Numbered from the stretch's first letter, positions 39,812 through 48,626 are shown. The stretch is DNA of 64,000 nt from Novosphingobium sp. (GCA_031374105.1 JANMNP010000073.1:671-64670), one strand, 5' to 3'. The notes: a model not told the origin generated them from the sequence alone. Numbers and translations are program-made.

Positions 39812-42247
39812 ATGTTCAGGAATCGGCTATTTGCGACAACCGCGCTGATCGGAGGGTTGGTGATCGCCGATCCGGCTCTGGCCCAACAAGGTCCGGCTGA
39901 AAATGATGGCACCCGGGTTGATACCGGCGCGATCATCGTCACCGCGCGCAAACGCGAAGAGAATCTGATTGATGTGCCGCTGACGATCACGGCGCTCACC
40001 GAAAAGGAAATCCAAAGCTCTGGCATTGAAAATATCTCGGACCTTTCACGGCAGGTTCCGGGGTTCAATTTCAAACAGGGCTTTGGCCGCACCGGCGGCG
40101 GCGATGGCGGGGCCAGTGTGCGCCCTTCGATCCGCGGCATGTCGAATATTCTGGGTGCTCCCAACGCCGGTTTCTTTGTTGACGGGGTGTTCGTTTCGCA
40201 GAACATCACCAGCTACCAGCTGGATAATCTGCAGCGGATTGAGGTGATCCGCGGGCCGCAGGCAGCGCTGTTTGGCCGCCAGACGTTTTCGGGCGCGATC
40301 AACTTTGTTACTCGCAAGCCCGGTAACGAGCTGCGCGGCGCGATCAATGCCACGCTGGGTCAGTGGGATCATCAGGAAGTCTCGGCCTATATTCAGGCTC
40401 CGCTGGTCAAGGACCATCTGGCGGTAGAGCTTAACGCCAGACTCTATCATTTTGGCGGCGATTATGTGAATCTGGATAATGGCAAGCGGGACATAAACGC
40501 GCAGGACAGCCAGAATGTCGGCGCGAAGATCCGCTGGACGCCGTCTTCCAATTTTGAAGTCATCATCAACGCTGCGGTCGGTCATGACCGCGACAAAGGC
40601 TATTCCTCGTTCTTCATTCCGGCGGCGGGCCTCAATTGCCTTCAGCCCACTATCACCGGCACGCTTTTGGGTATTCCCCGTTCGTCCACCCGCGCGCGCG
40701 GTTATTACTGCGGCGAGGTCGTCTCTCCCGCCAATTTCGCCTATAACAATGATGATATCGAGGCGCTGGGCTATTTCCCGCTGCAACGCAGCTATTTCCG
40801 CAGCGATGCGACGGTCCGCTATACTACCGACAGCGATTGGAGCGTGACCATGGTCGGCGCTTTCAACTGGCAGGAGAACCAGAACGGCTTCGATAATACC
40901 TATCTGGCTTCGACCAATCCCAGCCTGACGATAGAGTATCGTTCGAATCAGGACGTCAGTTTTGAAACCAGGATCCAGAGCCCCCAATCGGCTTCGGTCC
41001 GGGCACTGGTCGGGGGCTATTATTTCAAAGCCGATGACAACAGCGGTTACACCGTCAACACCACCAGAACCAACGTAAACTACACTGCCCGCTCGGGCTT
41101 TACTTCGGATGATGGGGTCCGCAACATTGCAGTCTTCGGCATGGTTGAAGCCGATCTGGGTGATCGGTTCACGGTGACTGCTGAGGGGCGCTATCAGGAA
41201 GACAAGATCCTGGGCTCGACCGAAGTTTCGGTTTTGCGCGGGGTCGGCAGTCCGATCAATGTTCGCAGCGAAACCTACAAAAGCTTCCTGCCCCGCGTTA
41301 CCGGGCGGTTTGAACTGGGGTCAAACTGGAACGTCTATGGCTCGGTGGCCAAGGGCAACAAGCCGGGCGGGTTCAATGATCTGCCAACCGATGCGAACGC
41401 CACCTTCACCGCAGACTTCCTTGCCAGAGGCTATGATGTTTTCACCGAAGAAAGCGTGTGGTCTTATGAGCTGGGAACCAAGGGCCGGATCGGCGACTTC
41501 AATTTTGGCCTTGCCGCCTATTACCTTGATTGGTCGCACCAGCAGCTGACCCAGTCGCAGCCCTATCAACGCACTTCGGGCACTTTCACCACCGTACCCT
41601 TCATCGTCAACGCCGGTGCCTCACAGATCAAGGGCTTTGAGGCTGACATTTCAGGCAAGCTCACTGACTGGTTCGATTTCCGCATCGCCTATGCCTATAA
41701 TGACGCCAAATTCACCGATTTCTATGATGAAATCACCGAGCAGATCTATGACACTGATGGCCGGCCAAGCTATCTCGATGTGGCCCGGACCATGGTCAAC
41801 CCGGCCGATGTTGACGGGCCCGACGGACAGGTGGCAGGCAATCGTCTGCCGCAAACGCCGGTCCACCAGCTTAGCGTCACAACCAATTTCCGCTTCCCGA
41901 TCTCGGACAACAACAATCTCTTCTTCCGCACCGATGCCTCATGGGAATCGAAGCGCTACGATCAGGTCCACAATCTGGCCCATACCGGGGACAGCTTTAA
42001 CCTTAACCTGCGCGCCGGGGTTGAATTTGGCGAGAGCATCACTTTCACTGCCTGGGTTAACAATGTCACCGATGATCGATCACCGGTAGTGGTTACCCGC
42101 CTGTTCGATTTCAGCAAGTCACTGATAATCCCCGATCCGGTCCGCACCTTTGGCGGCCAGCCCGCCACGCTGACCTTCTACCGGGGCTTCCTGGTCTCGT
42201 CGCCGCGTCGCCGCGAATTCGGGCTGTCGGCCAACTACCGGTTCTAG
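39812..42247 (+). CDS. TonB-dependent receptor
   Basis: The start is at ATG 39812, with a signal peptide (MFRNRLFATTALIGGLVIADPALAQQ). The plug motifs are IIVTARKREENLIDVPL and LQRIEVIRGPQAALFG. The C-terminal beta-barrel ends with the terminal F (SANYRF). Confidence 0.93.
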   Translation: MFRNRLFATTALIGGLVIADPALAQQGPAENDGTRVDTGAIIVTARKREENLIDVPLTITALTEKEIQSSGIENISDLSRQVPGFNFKQGFGRTGGGDGGASVRPSIRGMSNILGAPNAGFFVDGVFVSQNITSYQLDNLQRIEVIRGPQAALFGRQTFSGAINFVTRKPGNELRGAINATLGQWDHQEVSAYIQAPLVKDHLAVELNARLYHFGGDYVNLDNGKRDINAQDSQNVGAKIRWTPSSNFEVIINAAVGHDRDKGYSSFFIPAAGLNCLQPTITGTLLGIPRSSTRARGYYCGEVVSPANFAYNNDDIEALGYFPLQRSYFRSDATVRYTTDSDWSVTMVGAFNWQENQNGFDNTYLASTNPSLTIEYRSNQDVSFETRIQSPQSASVRALVGGYYFKADDNSGYTVNTTRTNVNYTARSGFTSDDGVRNIAVFGMVEADLGDRFTVTAEGRYQEDKILGSTEVSVLRGVGSPINVRSETYKSFLPRVTGRFELGSNWNVYGSVAKGNKPGGFNDLPTDANATFTADFLARGYDVFTEESVWSYELGTKGRIGDFNFGLAAYYLDWSHQQLTQSQPYQRTSGTFTTVPFIVNAGASQIKGFEADISGKLTDWFDFRIAYAYNDAKFTDFYDEITEQIYDTDGRPSYLDVARTMVNPADVDGPDGQVAGNRLPQTPVHQLSVTTNFRFPISDNNNLFFRTDASWESKRYDQVHNLAHTGDSFNLNLRAGVEFGESITFTAWVNNVTDDRSPVVVTRLFDFSKSLIIPDPVRTFGGQPATLTFYRGFLVSSPRRREFGLSANYRF

Positions 42248-42251
42248 GGCC

Positions 42252-42827
42252 GTGGGACTGGGCAACTCTGAAACCCGTTGGGGCGCTGTGGCCAAGGCGC
42301 TCCACTGGACCATTGCGCTGCTGATCATCGGCACCTCGATCTTCATTCTGCATGTCAATGGCTCGACCTGGTGGTTCACCTCTGGCCCGAAAATCTTCAT
42401 CACCTATATCCATTGGCACAAAGCGGCTGGCCTGATCGCGCTGGTGCTGATTCTGGTGCGGATTTGGTGGCGTCTGCGCCAGACAGTGCCGCAAACCGCC
42501 CAACTTACTGTGTGGGAGAAGCTGTGGAGCCACCGCGTTCATATCGCGCTCTATGGCTTCATGCTGATCGTGCCGATCACTGGCTGGCTGGCCTCCAGCT
42601 TCTTTGGCAGCGGAACCAAGTTCTGGGGTCTGTTCGAAATCCCCTCGCCATTGCCCAAATCAAAGACCGGGGTTGCAGTGTTCTATTGGGGCCATTTCCT
42701 GGTCGCGTGGACGCTGCTGATATTGATTGTCGGGCACATCGGGATGGCATTGTACCATCATTTTGTCCGCCGCGACGCTACGCTGCGCGCCATGCTGCCG
42801 GGTGGCGCTGCCAAGGAGAGTGAATGA
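42252..42827 (+). CDS. cytochrome b561 family protein
   Basis: Four TM helices carry the conserved His pattern (KALHWTIALLII, HWHKAAGLIAL, RVHIALYGFMLIVPITGW, GHIGMALYHH). Confidence 0.85.
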   Translation: MGLGNSETRWGAVAKALHWTIALLIIGTSIFILHVNGSTWWFTSGPKIFITYIHWHKAAGLIALVLILVRIWWRLRQTVPQTAQLTVWEKLWSHRVHIALYGFMLIVPITGWLASSFFGSGTKFWGLFEIPSPLPKSKTGVAVFYWGHFLVAWTLLILIVGHIGMALYHHFVRRDATLRAMLPGGAAKESE

Positions 42828-43714
42828 TGAAGCATGTGTTGCTGGCCGCTGCGCTGGGTCAGGTGATCGCCGCGCCAACCGGTGCGCGCCCCCTGGATCC
42901 GGCCAATCCCGAGGATGCGCTGAAGATCATGCAGAAGTCGATCTGCTCGCTCAATCAAGGTGAAACCGTGATCCATTGGTGGAAGGGTGCGATGTTTTCG
43001 CGGGTTGAAGGCGAAAAGGACCGTGAGCTGTTCAAGCTTCAGGGCATGAACATCCGCCAGTGCATCAACCTCACGGACCCGCAGCGCGGCTCAGGCTTCC
43101 GCAGCGTCAGCCGCGAGGTGATGATCCACCTCGATCCCAAAACCGGCGAGATTGCCGATAAATGGACCAATCCATGGACTGGCGAGGCGCTGGATGTGAT
43201 CCATGTTGCCAATGATCCGGTTAATATGCGCGCGCCGATGTTTGCGCATGGCAAGGATGGCAAGCCGCTCAAGGCTGAATTTACCGTGATGAACGGGAGG
43301 GCGTTCCGGTCTGGCAATGCGCCGCTGTTCTACAAAAACCCCTTGGGCGGCGAATATCAGGACTGGGTTGGCGGATCGTATCACGCGATGGAGATGGGCA
43401 CCGACTTTTTCTATGCCAAGGATCTGTTTGACAGCAAGGTGCCCACGCTGCGCCACCACTCGCTCAGCTGGTCACGGCTTTCGGGCTGGCTTCCGTGGAT
43501 GAAGATGGGAGATCGCAATGGCGCGATCTATACTGCGACGATCGGTGGCAGAGTGGCCTCGATCGATCAGCTGCCCGAACCGATGCGCAGCATCATTCGC
43601 ACCCGCTATCCGACATACGCAGCGCCGCCGCCGCTGGATGATGCGCGGGCCAATGAAACCAGCTGGGAGGTGTTCAAAAAACTCCACCCGGCCAAGCCAG
43701 TGGAGGCAAAGTGA
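42824..43714 (+). CDS. exported protein of unknown function (possibly DUF1838; unverified), paralogue A
   Basis: A signal peptide is present. Motifs shared with paralogue B are DPAN, GEKDR.LF, NPWT.E, IVHV.NDPVN, SW.R.S.W.PWMKMG.R.G and NETSW.VFKK. It is translationally coupled to its neighbours. Confidence 0.7.
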   Translation: MMKHVLLAAALGQVIAAPTGARPLDPANPEDALKIMQKSICSLNQGETVIHWWKGAMFSRVEGEKDRELFKLQGMNIRQCINLTDPQRGSGFRSVSREVMIHLDPKTGEIADKWTNPWTGEALDVIHVANDPVNMRAPMFAHGKDGKPLKAEFTVMNGRAFRSGNAPLFYKNPLGGEYQDWVGGSYHAMEMGTDFFYAKDLFDSKVPTLRHHSLSWSRLSGWLPWMKMGDRNGAIYTATIGGRVASIDQLPEPMRSIIRTRYPTYAAPPPLDDARANETSWEVFKKLHPAKPVEAK

Positions 43715-44619
43715 TGCGCAAGGTTTTTCTGATCCCCGCGCTGGCGTTGCTTGCAGCTGCCGCGCCGCCCAAGCCGCTCGATCCGGCCAATTCCGATGAT
43801 GCCTTCAAGATGAACACCAAGCAGTTTTGCTCGCTTAAAGAGGGCGAAGTGGCGGTGCATTATTGGGAAGGCACGGTTTACAGCCGGATCCGCGGTGAAA
43901 AGGACCGCCATCTGTTCAATGTCGCAGCGATGAGCATGCGGCAGTGCAAGCCTTATAACGATCCGGTTCGTGGCCCCGGCTCACGCGGGGTCAACCGCGA
44001 GATCGTTTTCTACCTCGATCCTGAAACAGATCAGCTGATGAGGACATGGAAGAATCCGTGGACCGCCGAGGAAGTGGAAATTGTCCATGTCCACAATGAT
44101 CCGGTTAATTCGCGCGAGCCCAGCTACGCCCGCGACAAAGACGGCAAACCGCGCGCGCGCTTCGATTCCATGGTGATGAACGGCTATGCCTATGCGGGCG
44201 GCGGAGCGGCCTTGCTGTTTTATGACAGCCCGCTGGCGGGCGATTATCAGGACTATGTCGGCGGCAAATATCAGGCCTCGGAATTCCTGATGTCATCAGC
44301 GCCGATGGCTGACCTGACCAATCCCACCGCAACCCGCGTGCAGGATTCGGTGTTCAGCTGGGGACGGATTTCGCGCTGGATGCCGTGGATGAAGATGGGC
44401 GGACGCGATGGGCTGCTGGTGCATTATATGGGCGGGCTGCGCGTCAACAGCTTTGAGGAGCTGCCAGGCTGGATGAAGACAGAGGTTCGCGCCAACTATC
44501 CTGCATATACCGTGCCGCCGCCCACCGATGATACCCGGCCCAATGAAACCAGCTGGACGGTGTTCAAAAAGCACATCGACGCCAAGCGGGCTGCGTCCAA
44601 GCCCGCTGACGGCAAATGA
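43711..44619 (+). CDS. exported protein of unknown function (possibly DUF1838; unverified), paralogue B
   Basis: It is roughly 40-45% identical by eye to the preceding gene over its full length. A signal peptide is present (MMRKVFLIPALALLAAAAPP). Confidence 0.7.
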   Translation: MMRKVFLIPALALLAAAAPPKPLDPANSDDAFKMNTKQFCSLKEGEVAVHYWEGTVYSRIRGEKDRHLFNVAAMSMRQCKPYNDPVRGPGSRGVNREIVFYLDPETDQLMRTWKNPWTAEEVEIVHVHNDPVNSREPSYARDKDGKPRARFDSMVMNGYAYAGGGAALLFYDSPLAGDYQDYVGGKYQASEFLMSSAPMADLTNPTATRVQDSVFSWGRISRWMPWMKMGGRDGLLVHYMGGLRVNSFEELPGWMKTEVRANYPAYTVPPPTDDTRPNETSWTVFKKHIDAKRAASKPADGK

Positions 44620-45155
44620 GGCGGCTGGCGCTTGCGGTGCTGATGACGCTCAGCACCGCCTGCGCCGCGCCCACCGCGCCGCTATCGGCCAAGGCCAGTG
44701 ATGGCACGGTGATGCGCCGCACGACGCTGCTGGTGTTTGATATTGAACGCTCGATCCGGTTTTATGAGATCCTCGGTTTCACCCTGTGGCTCAATGGGCC
44801 GTGGGGGCAAACCCGGGCGGGCGGGCTGCCAGTTGAAGGGGTCAAGCCCGGCGATCCCAACCGGCTGGTGATCATGAAGGGCAAGCATTCCTATCTTGGC
44901 ATGATCGGCCTGCTCCAGCAGGGCCAAAGGCAAGACGCACCGCCCTTTGCGCTGCGCCGGGGCGATCCGATCCTGATGATTGAGATCGCCGATATGGCAG
45001 GCACCGCGCAAAAACTTGCCGCTGCAGGCTTTACGATCCACAAGCAGCCCGAAACCAGCCATATCAAGAGCGTTTCGGAAGAATGGGATGCCAAATTCAT
45101 GTTCGCCGTTGATCCTGATGGCCATATGCTTGAGCTGACCGAGCGGCTAAACTGA
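44616..45155 (+). CDS. exported VOC-family lipoprotein
   Basis: A lipobox-like signal (LMTLSTAC) is followed by the VOC pattern (RRTTLLVFDIERSIRFYEILGF ... VDPDGHMLEL). Confidence 0.75.
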   Translation: MRRLALAVLMTLSTACAAPTAPLSAKASDGTVMRRTTLLVFDIERSIRFYEILGFTLWLNGPWGQTRAGGLPVEGVKPGDPNRLVIMKGKHSYLGMIGLLQQGQRQDAPPFALRRGDPILMIEIADMAGTAQKLAAAGFTIHKQPETSHIKSVSEEWDAKFMFAVDPDGHMLELTERLN

Positions 45156-45157
45156 CC

Positions 45158-46045
45158 ATGCTGGACCGGCGCGGCCTGCTTCGCCTTGGCGGATTGGCTG
45201 CTGCTGGATGGGCCATCCCTGCATCGGCGCTGCCTGACCCTGCCATATCGGGCCTGCGCCGCGCCTATCTTTCCGGACCGTTCGGCCAGCTTCACATCAG
45301 GATTGCAGAGCCATTGCAGCGCCGCGGCAAGCGCTTGCCGCCGCTGCTGCTGTTCCACCAGACCCCGCTGTCGGGCCGGATGTTTGAAAGACTGCTGCCC
45401 CATCTTGCCGATGGACGGGTTGCAATCGCTGTCGATACTCCCGGTTATGGCGAGAGTGATCGCCCCGCTAGTCGGCCAACACTTGCTGGCTATGGCGATG
45501 CCATTCTTGCAGCGCTGGCCCCGGCTTATGGCAGGCGCTTTGATCTGCTTGGCTATCACACTGGCGCCGCGATCGCGGTTGATCTGGCCGCACGGCGACG
45601 CGAGGTGCGGCGGCTGGTGCTGGTTTCCATGCCATTATTCGGTGCCGCCCAGCGCGCGGCGCTGCTGGCCCAATTGAATGAGGGCAAAGAGCCCTTTGCC
45701 GCTGATGGCACGCATTTGCTGGGGCAATGGACTGGCAGTTACGGGGTAAAGGCGGCTGGTCAGAGTATCGATGACATCGCCCGGCTGGTTGCTGAAAAGC
45801 AGCGCGCAGGGCGGCATAATGAATGGGCGCTGCGTTCGGCGATGGAGCTGGACCTTGCCCCCCTGCTTGACCAGATTCGCCAGCCAGCGCTGGTGATCGC
45901 CCCCCATGACGGGCTGGAGGCGGGCAGCGGCGCGGCAGCAGTGAGGTTGCGGGCACGGCTGATCGACCGGCCCGACTGGCGCTATGGGCTGTTCGATGCT
46001 GCCCCGGCAGAGCTGGCGGCGTTGATCAATCCGTTCCTTGGGTGA
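45158..46045 (+). CDS. Tat-exported alpha/beta hydrolase
   Basis: A twin-arginine signal (MLDRRGLLRLGGLAAAGWAIPASA) is followed by the nucleophile-elbow context LLGYHTGAAIA. Confidence 0.85.
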   Translation: MLDRRGLLRLGGLAAAGWAIPASALPDPAISGLRRAYLSGPFGQLHIRIAEPLQRRGKRLPPLLLFHQTPLSGRMFERLLPHLADGRVAIAVDTPGYGESDRPASRPTLAGYGDAILAALAPAYGRRFDLLGYHTGAAIAVDLAARRREVRRLVLVSMPLFGAAQRAALLAQLNEGKEPFAADGTHLLGQWTGSYGVKAAGQSIDDIARLVAEKQRAGRHNEWALRSAMELDLAPLLDQIRQPALVIAPHDGLEAGSGAAAVRLRARLIDRPDWRYGLFDAAPAELAALINPFLG

Positions 46046-46163
46046 AGGCGCTATTTTCGCGGTGACCGCCTGGCGGGTTTGATCTGCATCAAGGCAGCAA
46101 TTCACGGCTTGCGGCAGCAAGCGGCTGGCTGCACAAGTCTTGACAGTTCGCAGCTGGCGTGGA

Positions 46164-46179
46164 ATTTGTCCGGACAAAT
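46164..46179. promoter_or_regulatory. palindromic operator candidate ATTTGTCCGGACAAAT
   Basis: A perfect 16-bp palindrome lies 31 nt upstream of ATG 46210 and 18 nt downstream of a TTGACA hexamer (46140-46145). Its 18-nt core GAATTTGTCCGGACAAAT is identical to the site at 55185-55202. Confidence 0.6.
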
Positions 46180-46209
46180 CTCGCGCTGCGCCGCTAGAGG
46201 AGCGTTCCT

Positions 46210-47424
46210 ATGAATATCGACATTCCGCCGCCCTATTCTGCGCTGACCCGGCATCCTATGCTGGCGCGGGCCGATCATGACGAGGCGGCGCGGTTCAATT
46301 TCCTGACCCACCTTAACCGCTACTTGTCCGGTGCGGTCGGGGCGGGCAACCGGCTCGCTTATGAAACCCGCGTCTTGCCCGCTTTCCGTGCAGAACATGG
46401 CCGTGATCCGCAGCATCGCTATGAAGTCCGCGATGCGATGAACAGCGATCCGTGGCACCGGATGTGGTCGGCACTGAAGCGCAATTCGATGGAGATGCGC
46501 CAGCACAACGGCCGCCAGACGGTGCTGCGCCAGCTTGACGAGCTTGATGCTCAGGCCCGCCAGTTCAATGAACATTCGGGGATGCTGGAGCTTGATCCGG
46601 CGATTGCCCAGCCGTTCTATCAGACTGCGGTCGATATCCATTGCCAACCGGGCAGTTATCACAGCGAGGAACGCCCCGGCGATGTCTCGGCAGGGGCAAA
46701 TTATGATGTCGGCATCTTTGCGACCACCGGCGGCCAGCTTGGCGGCCTCAACGATGGCGGCGGGCAGGCGGTGGCTTCATGGGCGAGGGCTGACCGGCCT
46801 GATTGGCAGCCCCGGCGGATCCTAGATGTAGGGGCCACAGTAGGCCATAATGCGGTGCCGATTGCGCAGGCCTACCCCGATGCAGAGGTAATCGCGATCG
46901 ATACGGCCGGCGCATCGCTGCGCTATGGCGCGGCGCGGGCGGCGGGGCTGGGTGTTCGCAATATCCGCTTTGTTCAGGCCAATGGCGAGGATCTGTCGCG
47001 CTATCCCGATGGTCATTTCGATTGGGTCCAGACGACCATGTTCCTGCACGAGCTGTCGGGCAAGGCGATGCCAAAGCTGCTTGCCGAATGCCACCGGGTG
47101 CTCGCCCCCGGTGGGTTGATCCTGCATGTCGAACAGCCGCAATATGCGCCCGAAATGCCGTTGTTTGAGCAGTTCATGCGCGATTGGGATGCGTTCAACA
47201 ACAACGAGCCATTCTGGACCGCGATGCACGGCTTTGACCTGAAAGAGGTGATGGCAGGCGCCGGCTTTGCCAAGGACAGCCAATTCGTGATCGGCGTGCG
47301 CGCCGTAGTGGACCGGACGATCTTTCCCGATGCGCCATCGGGCGAGGAAGAGGATTATGGCCGCGCTGCGGTGTGGAATGCCTATGGGGCTTGGAAAGCG
47401 GTTGCGCGGGAGATGGCGGCATGA
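46210..47424 (+). CDS. class I SAM-dependent methyltransferase with a ~200-aa N-terminal extension (paralogue 1)
   Basis: The SAM motif I is ILDVGATVGHN, followed by VIAIDTAG, FDWVQTTMFLHEL and LAPGGLILHVE. The architecture and motifs are shared with 58684-59871. Confidence 0.85.
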   Translation: MNIDIPPPYSALTRHPMLARADHDEAARFNFLTHLNRYLSGAVGAGNRLAYETRVLPAFRAEHGRDPQHRYEVRDAMNSDPWHRMWSALKRNSMEMRQHNGRQTVLRQLDELDAQARQFNEHSGMLELDPAIAQPFYQTAVDIHCQPGSYHSEERPGDVSAGANYDVGIFATTGGQLGGLNDGGGQAVASWARADRPDWQPRRILDVGATVGHNAVPIAQAYPDAEVIAIDTAGASLRYGAARAAGLGVRNIRFVQANGEDLSRYPDGHFDWVQTTMFLHELSGKAMPKLLAECHRVLAPGGLILHVEQPQYAPEMPLFEQFMRDWDAFNNNEPFWTAMHGFDLKEVMAGAGFAKDSQFVIGVRAVVDRTIFPDAPSGEEEDYGRAAVWNAYGAWKAVAREMAA

Positions 47425-47780
47425 CCGAGGAACTTGACTGGATCGCCCGCGCCGGAACCCGCGCCAAGGGCCGTCGTCCGGAATATTTCGACGATCCAGC
47501 GACCGACCGGTTGCTGTCTCTGACCATGGCACTGGTGGCTGAGGTTTCGGTGCTGCGCGAGCGGCTCGATACGGTGGAGCGGCTGCTGGATGCCAAAGGC
47601 ACGATCAGCCGCGCCGATATCAGCGCCTATCAGCCCGGCCGCGATGCAGGCGAGGAGCGCGGCGTGGCAACGAAGGCCTTCGTTGCCCGGGTGATGCGCG
47701 GATTCCAGCAAGACGTGGAAGCGATGCAGAACCCCGATCCGCCGATCATGGATTGGGTTGACAAGCTGGCCCGCGAATAG
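47421..47780 (+). CDS. small conserved hypothetical protein coupled to the methyltransferase (paralogue 1)
   Basis: The start is at ATG 47421, with an ATGA overlap onto the methyltransferase stop. It shares the F.DP..DRL....M.L..EV.V..ER core with 59868-60116. Confidence 0.6.
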   Translation: MTEELDWIARAGTRAKGRRPEYFDDPATDRLLSLTMALVAEVSVLRERLDTVERLLDAKGTISRADISAYQPGRDAGEERGVATKAFVARVMRGFQQDVEAMQNPDPPIMDWVDKLARE

Positions 47781-47813
47781 CGCCGGGCAGGGAAAGTTCA
47801 GGGGAGAAGCTGG

Positions 47814-48491
47814 ATGTTTGAAGAAGTACTGGTGCTGCGCTGGTTCCACATTATCGCCATGGTCTATTGGCTGGGCGGCGAATGGGGGGTGTTCCAGACG
47901 AGCTACAATGTGGTCAACCGCAAGCTTTCGCTCGATGAACGGCGGCGGCATATGGAAACCGCCTATCGGATCGATATTCTGGCGCGAACCGGGATTATCC
48001 TGCTGCTGCCGCTGGGACTGCACATGGGCTTTATCTATGGATTGCAGCCCTATGGCGGCGGCTACCTGACAGTCATGTGGTTGGCGGTGGCGGCGTGGAT
48101 GGCGTTGTGCTGGGCCGCGTTCATCAAGCGGGAGAGCGACCTTGGCCTCAAACTGACCAAGCTTGACGAGCGCATCCGCTTCATCCTGATCCCGACGATC
48201 TTCGTGGTCGGCATATCCTCGCTGATGGGTAACGGCCCGTTCGAGGCGAGCGAAGGAACCCGCTGGTATGCCTGGAAGTTCACGCTTTATGGCTTTGCCT
48301 TGTGCATCGGGCTTGGCCTACGATTCATCATGCGGGCCTGGACCACGCGGTTCCGCCAGCTGGCCGAAGGGCCGAATCCTGCAGCCGAAGCCGCGCTGGA
48401 GCGTGAGATCGGCTATGGCCGGGCGATGGCCTATGTCTACTGGATCACCATTTCCGGGATCTGCTTCCTTGGCACAGTGAAGCCGATTTGA
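47814..48491 (+). CDS. integral membrane protein, unknown function (HemJ/CopD-like N-terminal motif by eye)
   Basis: About six TM segments. The N-terminal sequence LRWFHIIAMVYWLGGEWG recalls the H-I-I-A..W.GG motif of HemJ/CopD-type proteins. This is weak and from memory only. Confidence 0.65.
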   Translation: MFEEVLVLRWFHIIAMVYWLGGEWGVFQTSYNVVNRKLSLDERRRHMETAYRIDILARTGIILLLPLGLHMGFIYGLQPYGGGYLTVMWLAVAAWMALCWAAFIKRESDLGLKLTKLDERIRFILIPTIFVVGISSLMGNGPFEASEGTRWYAWKFTLYGFALCIGLGLRFIMRAWTTRFRQLAEGPNPAAEAALEREIGYGRAMAYVYWITISGICFLGTVKPI

Positions 48492-48496
48492 GGCTT

Positions 48497-48621
48497 TCCT
48501 CCCTGAGCTTTGCTCGGGGAGGGGGACCATGCGCAGCATGGTGGAGGGGTATTGGGCAACTGTGGAATACCCCTCCACCAACCTTCGGGCGGTCCCCCTC
48601 CCCAAACAGGTTTGGGGAGGA
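48497..48621. mobile_element. miniature (cargo-less) copy of the inverted-arm element, 125 bp
   Basis: The outer ends are TCCTCCC (48497-48503) and GGGGAGGA (48614-48621). The left arm is GGGGAGGGGGACCATGCGCAGCATGGTGGAGGGG and the right arm is CCCCTCCACCAACCTTCGGGCGGTCCCCCTCCCC. The element fills the whole gap between two convergent stop codons. Confidence 0.8.
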
Positions 48622-48626
48622 TCACA

